A DNA stretch of 64,000 nucleotides from Dudresnaya verticillata (taxonomy: Eukaryota): NCBI GenBank assembly GCA_977862235.1, contig OZ374561.1, positions 1,116,001 to 1,180,000 on the forward strand, read 5' to 3'. The notes beneath the pieces were generated by a model. That model searched no databases. It was not told the DNA's origin and was given only the letters and a program-made list of their open reading frames with translations. This document shows positions 24,601 through 35,677 of the stretch, one piece after another; position 1 is the stretch's first letter, and the number at the start of each line of letters is the position of its first letter. A program made the position numbers and the translations under genes.

Positions 24601-27496
24601 CCGGTGAGCGGGTTGGCAAGCGGCTGCAACAGCACGAGCGCACAGCACGCGCGGAGGCGGATGTGCTTCTGACGGCGCTCACGATGTCGCAACGCGGTGG
24701 ATGAGCCGAAGGGACCTGTAACAACCCAGAAGCCTGAGCAGCCCGGCATCAACAGTACTGTGACGCCTTATTTGAGGCTTCAAGCAATGCTTCCTTTGGG
24801 TACAGCACAACTTAGCGGCGGCGCGTTACGTACGTCGGGCCTGTTGAAAGAATAAACTGTATGTGGGTTGCAATCTTACCGATCCTTTTCTTTCTTCTGC
24901 ATAACATGTTAGATGCTTTATTAGATGCCACAACTCATCCGGTACTGGGAGACCTCATACTGTACTTGTGCGATGCTGCCAAACTGAGTGTGACTCTCAG
25001 TGCCAATGCAAAAAAGGGTATTTACCAAGGGTTGCATGCCGAAGCAGCCTTGGTAGCTAGGCAAGATCCTACGCTGCTCGTGCTCGACCGCGCTTCTCTG
25101 CTCCCTGCTCTTCAAACTATGCTCTCAAGTCCTCCAAGCCAGTCCCTCGACTTGTGTTCCCCACCGTAGCCCTCGGGATAAATCTCCCCCTCACAACTAG
25201 ACACAGATAAAGTTCCACAGTAAAGTCCACAAAGTCTACATCCAGGGCTGTCGTGCGATTAATTGCAATAGCAATATATTGCAATATACAATAGCAATGA
25301 CATATTGCGTTGCTGATAGCAAATTGCAATACTTATTGCAGTGACATTGTATATTGCAATACCTATTGGGTTGAGTAGTAATATTGGAAGCCCTATTGCT
25401 AGATTCAGTAGACGATAAGCATATGTGTGGTTTTGTGGGGGAGCGGCATCTGTAGTGCTGGATCCTGAGAATACAGCGTTTTCTAGCCCCATGCTGTAAG
25501 TTACATCTTACCAAACCCTTGCTATCACTAACATGTTGTCAGGTCTGCTTTTATCGTTCTGCAGGCTCATAAAACAACATTGCATTACACAAACATTAAT
25601 ATGGATATCCATGCTTTCTTCTCACGATCTAAGTCTATTGCTAACTTATTGCACCAAGTAGGCATATATTGCAGATGTTATTGGGGCGTGATGGCGGCTT
25701 TATTGCAATATATTGCTGAAGGGCGAGCATTGGTGCAACATATTGCTTATTGCATTTTTGGGAGCAATAATTTGCAATGTTATTGCTTGCAGCCCTGTTA
25801 GATGTAGACTACATCTAGTCATTCACGGACGTTCTAAGCTCACTTTTTAACCAATGTTCGCGCTCGCGTCTCTAAAGACCCTTTACCCTTAAAGTTACGT
25901 TTACGCTCGTGGCACCCATGTGGTGTTTTTCAATTATAGCGTGGTCTTTGCCAGTATTGAACTTGAAATATACGTAAAAGTGCTATTGTTTCCGCTTCAT
26001 GTATGTCACATCAATCATATGCCCTGTTCTGGACTCCGGAAGAGAGCAAGGATAAGGTTTACTACTTGCGCGTTGATCCAGTTTCTTCCTGTTTGTGATT
26101 TGACGCAGCTTTATGTTTAGTTTTAAGCCGTTAAAAGCATCATTCGCTGCTCACGTTTGTCTAAATGATGCTGCAAATATAGGCACCCATCAACGTTCGG
26201 TGCACGGCAAGAAAACGCACACTCAGACTGGCGCACCGCTCGTAACTGGTAATGCCTTGTCCTCCGCCTCCACTCGTCATTCCATTACATCTATCTGCGA
26301 TTTCCCTGTCGCTACAGTAGCCCCGAGAAAACGAGCTCTATTCCGAACCTACATCTGGATTTTCAGCGATCTGAGACAGAGAGATGGGGAACTTTATAAG
26401 ATAGTAACTAGGCACCCTACAAGGCACCTTCTTGTCTACGATCATGAAGGCAGATATGATGCCGGCTCACGGCGAGGGCTTGGTAGCGGAGGAGGAGGGT
26501 GACCAGAGCACAGCAGACCCCACCCCGAGCGACCAAGCTACCGTATTCACTACGATTGCTATTATCCACTGTATGCTTTACTCACTTTACCACATTCTTC
26601 GCTACCTACTAGCGCTCTACATAGTACCGCCGGTAGGGTCCATTAATGACATTATTCTTTATGAGAGATTTTATTAGTGCCATCTGTCCAGGGGTAATGG
26701 CCCATGACCCACGGAGTCGCATCGCAGCTTGGATATCCTTGTCTAACAGCATGAAAGAAGTCAGATCCTTCACTATACTAGTGGTAGTTCTAGTAGCAAT
26801 CGGATCACTGTGTTTGCTGGATAACGCGAACGTGACGCGAAAAGAATGACTTCGGCTGATGAAGGAGGGTCTGGTGAGGACAGGGTTGCTTTGTTAATGT
26901 TTACCAAGAAGAATACATGTCAGCAAGCTATACCGAGAGGTTGGAAGCATTCTGAAGATCTATTGGTGATGTTCTTCATTGGCTGTTTAGAGTGGTCCTA
27001 CGCAGGCTATATTGATATGTGCCGGGATGCTGTATTGAATTCAATACAATCACTGACAGTGGAACACAACTTTTGAGGTACTTGACTGCATAATGTCAAC
27101 AATCCACTCTTCCAGTCAGAAGTGCTGGCGGCGTTAATATTGACACATATCATTGGGGTAAAGGTTATGAAACGTAATTGAGCTACAGTGCGATGATTCA
27201 ATTTTAATGTGTTGTTTATGGTGGTTCTACGCGGGCGACAAGGGCCCAGTAGTAGGCACACCAGCCCAGAGGGCCAAGGTAGCGTTACTTAGTATCGTTA
27301 CAAAGCAAACTGCTGGGGGTGTTACTGGGTCGGAGAGTGGGAGGAGGGGGGCGACAGGTATAAACACCTTCTCCTCTCGGATTTATTGCCACTGTGTTGT
27401 ATCTCAATGTAACTTGTCAGTGCTAAGACCTCTGCCCTCTTCTCTCCTTGAGTGGAAGACGAGCAGAGCTTTATATAACCGGAGTTGCCTACCATG
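21681..27496 (+). repeat. ~5.8-kb segmental duplication, copy 2 (partial Gypsy LTR, Pif1 fragment 22116-22440, MITE 25243-25797)
   Basis: Near-identical to 2636-8434; begins mid-LTR and ends just short of the SINE-like head. Confidence 0.97.
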
Positions 27497-28269
27497 AGAC
27501 TATGGGTTGACTCACTGCTCCTACTGAGCGAGCAGGAGTAGCCCCTAACCGTAAACCGTAATCACAACCCTGCAGTAGTCATGAACAGTATAGCTCAGAA
27601 CAGTTAGCCGTGGGTACAGGTTTCAACTCGTTACGTCTACAACGGAACATGTTCTGGAGTTTGAAATCAGAACAGTTATTCGAAATTACAAACTACAGTT
27701 CCAGTAAAGGTAACGGCAACATATTACTTGGAACCGCTCTACACAGGGACCAGGGAGACGGGAAAGCCGTCGCGCAGAGATCGCGAATGGCGCGGATCGT
27801 GGTCGAGATAGAGGCAATATAAGCAGTGGGTGGGTTGGCCTTTGACAATTTGAGCAGGGCTGGTGAGTGCGAGCGGAGGGTCGCGGGTGGGGGTGGGCTT
27901 TGCGATGGGATAGGGAAGGGGCAAAGGTGCCAACGGATGGCAAGGAGCCGATAGTGGTAGTCAGGGAGGACTAGCGCTGAGGGAAGGGAGTTTGGGTGTG
28001 ACACAGGTGCAGGGTGGCAACCCGCAAGCGCAGCTTTCCACTCCTTACAATTGTCAGCAAAAGCTTTGGCGTGGGAGAGCGAGTGTTGCAAGACGCGTTG
28101 AAGAGAAGGGGATGGGGCTTTGGGGAGGGCCTGGAGTGTCTTCTGGGCCTGCCAGGATGCACGGTAACCGTCCTTGTCAGGCGACGTAGGGAGGCGACGC
28201 GTTTGTTCTGCAGTGTCCGCTGCCGCAATGTCAGGCTTCCATGTGGAAGAGGGTGCGGAGTGCGTATAA

Positions 28270-28350
28270 TGTGATGGTAAACATTTACTAATTGTTTAGG
28301 GTGGTCCCGCACGGGCAACTAAGACCCATTAGCAGGCGCACCAGCACAAA
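28270..28350 (+). repeat. Short dispersed repeat, copy 2 (see 11744-11829)
   Basis: Direct sequence match. Confidence 0.8.
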
Positions 28351-29681
28351 GTGCCAGAGAAGCAAAGAGTTACACGCAAGGAAGGGGGCTAATCGGCGGT
28401 GGGGAGGCGGTAGGGGTGGTTACGAGGAGGGTGGTGGGGCCGGGTACTCTGCAGCACATATATGCCTGATGGTCGCGATGGTTCTGGACACGGATTGGAG
28501 ATCAGCTGTAGTAGGGTGGAGTGACGATAGTGTGCGAAGGGTTTCGGTGTGGTTTTAAGGCCTCATTCGACCCCCAAGTTCGTACCCTGCCCGCCGTGTC
28601 GGCCGGCTCTTTCACCTCTTCGTTCTGTGTGGTGCCATTGTGTTATTGCCCAACCTTTCGCTGCATCAACACCTCTCGCCCCCAAATCAATCCCTCTGTT
28701 CCGGTCGCAGCGACACGCCATTGCTGCTAATCGCGAAACTGAGCTCGCTCGCTGGGAACGATGCTCTTGCCAGGTTGCTGTCGTCCCACTTTACATATTG
28801 GCTTCCTATGACATTTCCGAAGCGAGCAACATTGCTGATCCAACAGCCCCTTGTTGGAAAGCGTCCTCACCAAAGCTGACCTTGTTTCCATCAACGTAAA
28901 TTCGACTTTGTGGTATCACAACTGCGTCCTACAGCTGCTGCCAAGAGCTATGGCTAGTGTATGCCAAGTTGCCAAGTTGCCATGCTCCCAAAGCAATTGC
29001 GCCTTGGTCAAAGTGATGATGATTCCCAAAGCTGCAACTTTTTTTTAGTTTCAATAGAGAACTGGGAAGTTCGCCGTACCGCGCCCGATGAAGCTCAGTG
29101 TCATATGGACGAAAATGGACAGAACGACCGGCCTTCCAGTCAACCCCCGCCTGCAAACAAACTGTACATCTTCAACGAAGCAAACTAGACAGACTATCGC
29201 TGCAGAAGTCTGTACTAACAAGGACGCTCAGCAGGTGCGTAGCAAATATCGACAAGCACAGCACTGCTGAAATGCCAAGGATGCTGCGCACTGATCACGT
29301 GATGCTTGCCGTACATGCAATTATCAAGTTGGCGGATGGCTACATGGTCATGGTTAGTAGGATTCGAGAACCCCTGTTTGCAACATCTGAGGCTGATGGA
29401 CTCCATACGATGGAGCTTTTGTTCGCATGTCGAATTGTGCATTGCGTTGTTGCTGCCTCCCTCCAGGGCACTTGGTCGGTTGTGACATTGCCATGCAAAC
29501 ACAGGGTTGTTCATTGCAACGTTTCCATGCTCTAGATGAGATATTCATAGTCCTGCTGTTGGTACTTAAGCAGTTGCCGTCACACGTTCTCATCTCGCAC
29601 TTTACATCTTGAAACAGTAACACTCCTCATTTTTGCGATACGCAGACCATCTGTACTGCTTGTCAAGTCAAGTCAAACAAA

Positions 29682-30125
29682 ATGAAGGCCTCCACCTTCT
29701 TCGTTCTAGCCTTATGTGTGCTTATCTCAACAACCAATGCTCTGAACCACAGGGTTCGTGTTTTTCTCAAGAAGTCATCTGGGGATATCGGCTCGACTGT
29801 GGAGATGCACACTCGAGTTCAGTTCTTCGGGACCACTCCATCTCTCATCCGGACTAACACTAGGAACGGCCTGGCCAAGTCGAACACATTTCCTGGTAAT
29901 GGGGAGGTAATATTTGACTCAGTCTTTGGCCAAGATCCCGTCTCTATCCTGGTTAGGGTTACCGAAAACGATGGACCTGGTACTACGAATGATGACGGAG
30001 TCTGTCGCTTTCTAGCACAGCCCTCTTCCTGGCCAGCTGGAGTCTCCCGGTTCCAGTGCTTGCGTGACGGTACAAATGGTCTGCAGAACGAGTGGTGGAT
30101 CATCGTTCAGGTTAATAGCTATTAA
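29682..30125 (+). CDS. Small secreted protein, possible C2-like beta-sandwich (147 aa)
   Basis: Signal peptide MKASTFFVLALCVLISTTNA; alternating beta-strand pattern; VRVTENDGPGTTNDD resembles the C2 Ca-binding loop 3; two mature Cys. Confidence 0.75.
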   Translation: MKASTFFVLALCVLISTTNALNHRVRVFLKKSSGDIGSTVEMHTRVQFFGTTPSLIRTNTRNGLAKSNTFPGNGEVIFDSVFGQDPVSILVRVTENDGPGTTNDDGVCRFLAQPSSWPAGVSRFQCLRDGTNGLQNEWWIIVQVNSY

Positions 30126-32323
30126 CAGCTTTGTTCCGTAGGAATGCTTCTCTGCCACCATTTCTTTTCTCATGGCCAGTATGAGTCCACAATGTCAGTT
30201 CGGTGCCTTTCCAGCATAGTTCCTTGAATATGTGGAGAAAGAACACGTTCTATGTCATGGCATAGAGTTAATTAAGGGTTGTCTCAGTTGCTTGAGAGGG
30301 TAGAATCTGCAGTAATCAGTCTTGGTACCACAGTGAAGTTGTAGTCGTTTAGTAAAAAGTAGTTTTGCGTCACCACATCCACTTCGATACCTCAAAAACC
30401 ATATAGGCATGATAAGGCGTAGGTGGGTGATGTTGAGATCTTTGTCACAGTTCGGAAGGGTGATATGCAGTGACCAATTCAGTTTTAGGGATATTGATAT
30501 GCATATTCATATGCGGATATGCAAGTGATATGACGTGTCGACACATGTAAGCGCACTAAGCACACGAAATACCGTTCTTAAACAGAGCCCAGAACATCGA
30601 ATCACATCACACATCCAGACAGCGTATGTCTAGCTATAGGACATCGGAGTAGCGGCAATATGTCGTTCTTAAACTGATTCAAGAACATCGTATCAAACAT
30701 CCAGACAACGCCATAGGAGGAGCGGCAATAGCTTATTGTTTATCAATCTTGCTTTGCCTCGAAAGAGGCCCCGCATGTAGCTGAAGTGTGTTTCGTTAGT
30801 GGTCTATATTGAACTGACCCAGAAGTAAAGCTACTCTTTAAATTGTACTTCAGTTAAGTTTTCAGTCAGTCAAGAAGTCTGTTCATTATATTGTCCAAGT
30901 GTTCAACAGAGGCTTTAATACCCGAGGGGCAGATCTAGCGAATCGTAGAGTTTCGACCGGCAGCTGTTTCCCATTCTCTATAGAAGAGACAGCCAAGCGA
31001 ATTGGAGTAAAATACTTGAGCCGCCTTTTTCATCGCCAGACATAGATTCCTGAAGGAAGGAACAGGTGAGCATTTGTCACTGCATTTGTAACCGATTGCA
31101 AACTTCCTCCCCGCAAAACCAACTTCTGAAAACTTCTGCGCAGAACTTCAAAGGGAGTTGTCTAAATTTGCTGAGATCCTGGAAATAGAGGGTAAACAAC
31201 GTTTTGTTGGCTGGGCGTGATAGAGCAACTGATCTTCCTGTGATGATTTCTTCTTCACAGGATTATCGTCGTTGAACCCCTTTGGTGGCGGGTCTGGAAG
31301 TTGACGTTCCACTTAAGTGTTCCCAATTTACCACTCAATATAATGAGAACAAATTCGTAACACATTAGACAGGGGGAAATCCAAACCTCATGCTCATGTC
31401 GGTAACAATAAATTGGTGATAAGACAACAAAGCGGTCTGTTCCTAAGATCGTCGTGAAAGGCTGGTACTCGGGCTGCTGCTCAGGAGGTATCCACTTGGA
31501 ACTGATGCGTTCATCGATGACTATTTCTGTGCACACATGAACAATATGCGCAAGCTCTTCGACGCCATTGAAGACGTGGAAGACGTGCTCATTGCATACG
31601 CACTTCCCATCGTAAACAAACGAAAAATATATTCTGCCCAGCACCCTTGTTCTGCTTACCCGAGGCCCATGATACCACCCGCACCAGGCTCAGCGAAACT
31701 CTCGGATTTTTCGAATAACCCGTGCTGCAGAAACATCTTCTGCGGAAACACCATTGTGACAGTCATGCTGCGCTCGGAACAGTGCGAAGGAGCAAAGTCG
31801 CCCCTTCCGGCTCGTCTTCGAGATCAGGCAACACTGGAAACGGTGCCTTCTAATAGTTACTTCACAAAGTGTTACAGCATCAATGCACCTCTCACTGAGT
31901 CTTTGTATTCCATCTGAATCACTAAGGCATGCTCTTCTCTTGCCACCAAATGCGCCATCACGGATTGTCGAGTGTCTCCCGTCGTAGAAACTGTCAAACA
32001 AGAGACAAATTGGGTGACAAAATTGCTGACCGCGACTGCCCGCGAAGGTGGGTACAAGTTTCTATGTATTACCTGCTTATTAAATAGCACATGCTGTGGA
32101 ATGTTCTTCAACGTCTCTGAAGGTTCTAGGATAGCTGTGCTCGCAAACGACCTACCAGGCTACGTGAAACGGCTTCAACGCAGAAGAAAAAGGTGCCCAT
32201 TCTCATGTGTTCATTGCCCGCGAATTATATCTCGAACGGAAAAAGAAGAATTGCACTCATCACTCGAATGCCCAAAGTTCAGCACCGTCCAGCTGTCCCC
32301 TCGAAAGCAACGGATTCCGTGAC

Positions 32324-32932
32324 TCATGCGAAGAAGTCCTCCATCCGCCTGAGAGCGTCGCCGCGTTGTGAGAAGGCGTTGGCAGCAGCCTGAGCTGCAG
32401 CAGCCGCTGCTACTTGAGGGGCAGCATGCGGAGCTGCGTCAGTCGCTTCAGCAGCAGCAGCCTGAGATGTAGGAGTCGGGGGAGTTCCGGGAGCGGGTGC
32501 TGGTTGATGGGCAGGAGCAACTGCTTGGCGCCCAAGGATGCTGGACGGAAGCACTTTGCCAAGAGCATCTATCTCGGAAACGAGGCCAGTCGCGATGAGG
32601 GTAACAGCGAAAACAAACGACTCCGTCCTGTCAAAATCAAATAACGTTAAGACAAGCACTATGATTATGAGCGACCATACCGCAACGCTGACAATGGTAA
32701 ACACCATCGTTATGCATGCAGAGTAGAGCCAGGCTGACTTGCCGGCTTCCTTGGCCATACACTCTTCTGCTGCTTGTATAGGAGGGAGATTGCTCTTCTG
32801 TAAGATTTTTGAGTAGCTGCGCTTGAGAATCAGAGGGACGAAAACGCGGTTCATCTTGAGGAGTGCCACCATGATAAGATTGGCGGCGGATATGATGGTA
32901 TCGTGGGTTTCCGGAGCGGAGCTGGAGTCCAT
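32324..32932 (-). CDS. Hypothetical multi-pass membrane protein, paralog A
   Basis: Likely start MDSSSAPETHDTIISAANL; hydrophobic segments; clearly paralogous to the gene at 34310-35004 (ISAANL, NRV, EAGKSAWLY, LIATG.VSE.D, terminal EDFF). Confidence 0.8.
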   Translation of the reverse strand: MDSSSAPETHDTIISAANLIMVALLKMNRVFVPLILKRSYSKILQKSNLPPIQAAEECMAKEAGKSAWLYSACITMVFTIVSVAVWSLIIIVLVLTLFDFDRTESFVFAVTLIATGLVSEIDALGKVLPSSILGRQAVAPAHQPAPAPGTPPTPTSQAAAAEATDAAPHAAPQVAAAAAAQAAANAFSQRGDALRRMEDFFA

Positions 32933-34309
32933 GATGATTGCGAACACAATGACCAAGGCATCGAGCGTGCGACAATGTCGCGCATAGGCGTGATACTTAT
33001 AGGCACCGAGATTGCTTTTGTGCCAGGCGCCTGTCGTGCCGAAGCACGGGCAGGCTTCGCTACTAATTGCATGAGTTGTTGAGATCCGGTTGCAGTTGTA
33101 TTCAGATTCCACACTGCAGGACGGCGGTGTGCCGGTCTGCCTGCTTCTGCCGGCGCCATTTTCATCATGCTTCTCGGCGATCAACGGGTTTCGAGACAAT
33201 AATAATGCTGCGGAATCTTCTGCCTTTGGAAATCACAGCATGACGTGGAGATGCTATCGATACGTGCACTGCGTCTCCCGCGCTGCAGTCTCGCGGGTGC
33301 ACCTGTCGACAGCACTTCTACCCCTATCTCACGATATCTATCGTACCTTAGGCCACCACATCGAACCTCCGCACATGGGCGCGAAAACACATTGCGCAAG
33401 TGGACGCCGCTCCTCCATTCCCCGGAGATACGTTACACCATAACGTGTTACTCTCGAAACCATATCTGGTAACGTCCGACTGCAGATACCCCGTCCACTC
33501 CCCGTACCTACACCACTCGCCACCGCCACGCATATCGCCCCCGACAGAAAAAGCCCCGCGCAGCACAGAATGTAACCCCACGACGCGCCGCGCCCGTTCA
33601 CTCCGCCCAAACGACATGTCCCGCCGTGCTGCCACCGTCCCACGTCCTCGAGATATAACACTACTCCTGGTACCCGCACCACGGAACCACGAATGCAACT
33701 ACGCGTCCGCCCCGTCCCACCCCCTAACACTTCCAATCATGCCTCTGGTGTAACCGTCTCCCCCACTCCGTCCCACTTCCTCCCAAACGGCCCTATGCCC
33801 GCCCTCCGCCCAGCTTCTCACCCATCCCTCATGCTTGCTGGAGCTGTGTTGTCAAGCGCATCACGCCTCCATCTAACCTTGGCTTTGCCGCTGAAAGGCT
33901 TTTTCTTTCGAAGGGTTTTCGCAGTTGCTGGGATCGTCACCTGCCTGGCAACATGAGCTCTGCGAATTGCGCTCTGGAGGAGCTCAACGTACCAATTGTG
34001 ACATGGACCGCACTGCATCTACCGTTCGCAGCAGACATGGGCCGATGGGCTCATGGAGATCCCGTATGTTGAGGCTTGCCGCTGTCGATCAGTGCTATTT
34101 GACTTTCCCCTTCAATGCGATTTGAAACAAGGCATGTATACTATCGACTTGCCGCAGAGACCATCCCACAGAATTCCCAGTTTCCACCCAAGCACTGTGA
34201 TTGCCAACGCCAGAAACTATCGCTGGACATTTGGTACATGAGCCTTGTCGGTGACATTAGTTGCGTATTGACAGCGAACCAGGGGTTGTGTCCGGGTGGA
34301 GAACCTGAA

Positions 34310-35004
34310 TCAATTGAAAAAGTCCTCCAGAATCTGGACGGCATTGTGGCGCTGGGAGGAAGCAGAAGGACTAGCAGTACCATGTGCAGTCAAAAGTGGA
34401 GTACTTGGAGAAGGTTCAGCTTCTGATGTGAGTGGCTCATGGTCGGGGTGTGACTCGGTATCCCCAACAGGCACTGCAAATGTGGTAGCGAAGAGCTGCG
34501 GGCCTTGCGGAGCCCCGGCTTCCTGAACAGACGCGGAGGTTTGGGCGGAAGCGGAAGGTCTTTGGGCAGCGGGGGTATGGGTGGAGAGCACGCGAGAAAG
34601 AAGGTCAACCTCGGAGACGATACCCGTGGCGATGAGAGAGGCAGAGAATGTGAAGGCCTCGTACTTCTCGAACGGGAAGGCGTTGAGGACGAGGGAAATG
34701 ATAATGGTGGACCAGAAGGCAATAGTGAAGACGGTGAAGAACATGGCCATGAAGGAGGTGTAGAGCCAGGCGCTCTTGCCGGCCTCCCTGATAACGGCGT
34801 GCGTGGCGCGGACGGCGGCGTCGTCATCGGTGGAGTGAGTGCGAGTTTGTTCCTCGGCCATCTTTCGGTTAATGGCACGAGCGTAGATACAGCGCAGGAC
34901 GAGCGGGACCATTACGCGGTTCACCTTAAGCAGGGAGACCATGAGGAGGTTGGCGGCGGAGATGACGGCATCGCGGCTTGAGAGGGGACTTCCTTGGCGG
35001 ACAT
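34310..35004 (-). CDS. Hypothetical multi-pass membrane protein, paralog B (apparent 1-nt deletion near start)
   Basis: ORF 34310-34942 extends upstream in frame as RDAVISAANLL. Adding one base to the G-run at 34984-34987 joins ATG 35004 (MSAKEVPLSSRDAVISAANL), matching paralog A. Confidence 0.75.
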
Positions 35005-35677
35005 GGTTAAGTGGCGCAGAGTGGAGGGAGACGTGCAGGTGTACGAGGGTGAGGCAACGGGCCGGCGGCTGCTCGAATACGGTGAGTCATACCCATAGCA
35101 CGGAGTGTCAGTTTGGACCCTCCAGGTCGGTTGGTCAGGTGAGAGGGGCTGTGAAGGCTGAGACTGGAACTTGAAGTGGATGCAAAACAAGTAGACAGCT
35201 ATGAAGCGCGGCCACGGTTCTTGTCCAATAAACACGTGGTGCTGTATGTCGGTGTCGGTGGACACATCAACGTTTGGCGCGTCGGTCTTGTTGCAGAAGG
35301 ATCTGGCAGCGTAGTTGCACGTCTCGGCCACCCCGGGTTGACCCACGAGGGCGTGGAGAACAGTTTGACGGCGGCGCTATCTTCTACCGGCAGCGTGGCA
35401 CCGTCCGTGGCTGCGCGGGGCGCAGGGCGCCTCACCAAACAAACAGCGCATCCTTCGAGTCCACGACATTGGGCTTGGGCCAAAAATCGGCCAAAATGAC
35501 CCATTTCCAGCCTATGATCCCGATCCCGGTCTCTGTGATCCCGATCACCCGCCCTGAGCCACAATCCCTCGACCTTGGCCACGAAACGTCTCCAACAGCA
35601 AAAACTTCCTGCAGTCTTTCACCTTTCCTCCACCCCCCTCCCGCCCCCTTCGTCCCCCCCCCGCCCCAGTCCCCACT

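Noticed and set aside
27544..27570. Telomere-like CCTAACCGTAAACCGTAA near the duplication end
   Set aside because: Too short and degenerate to distinguish from chance.
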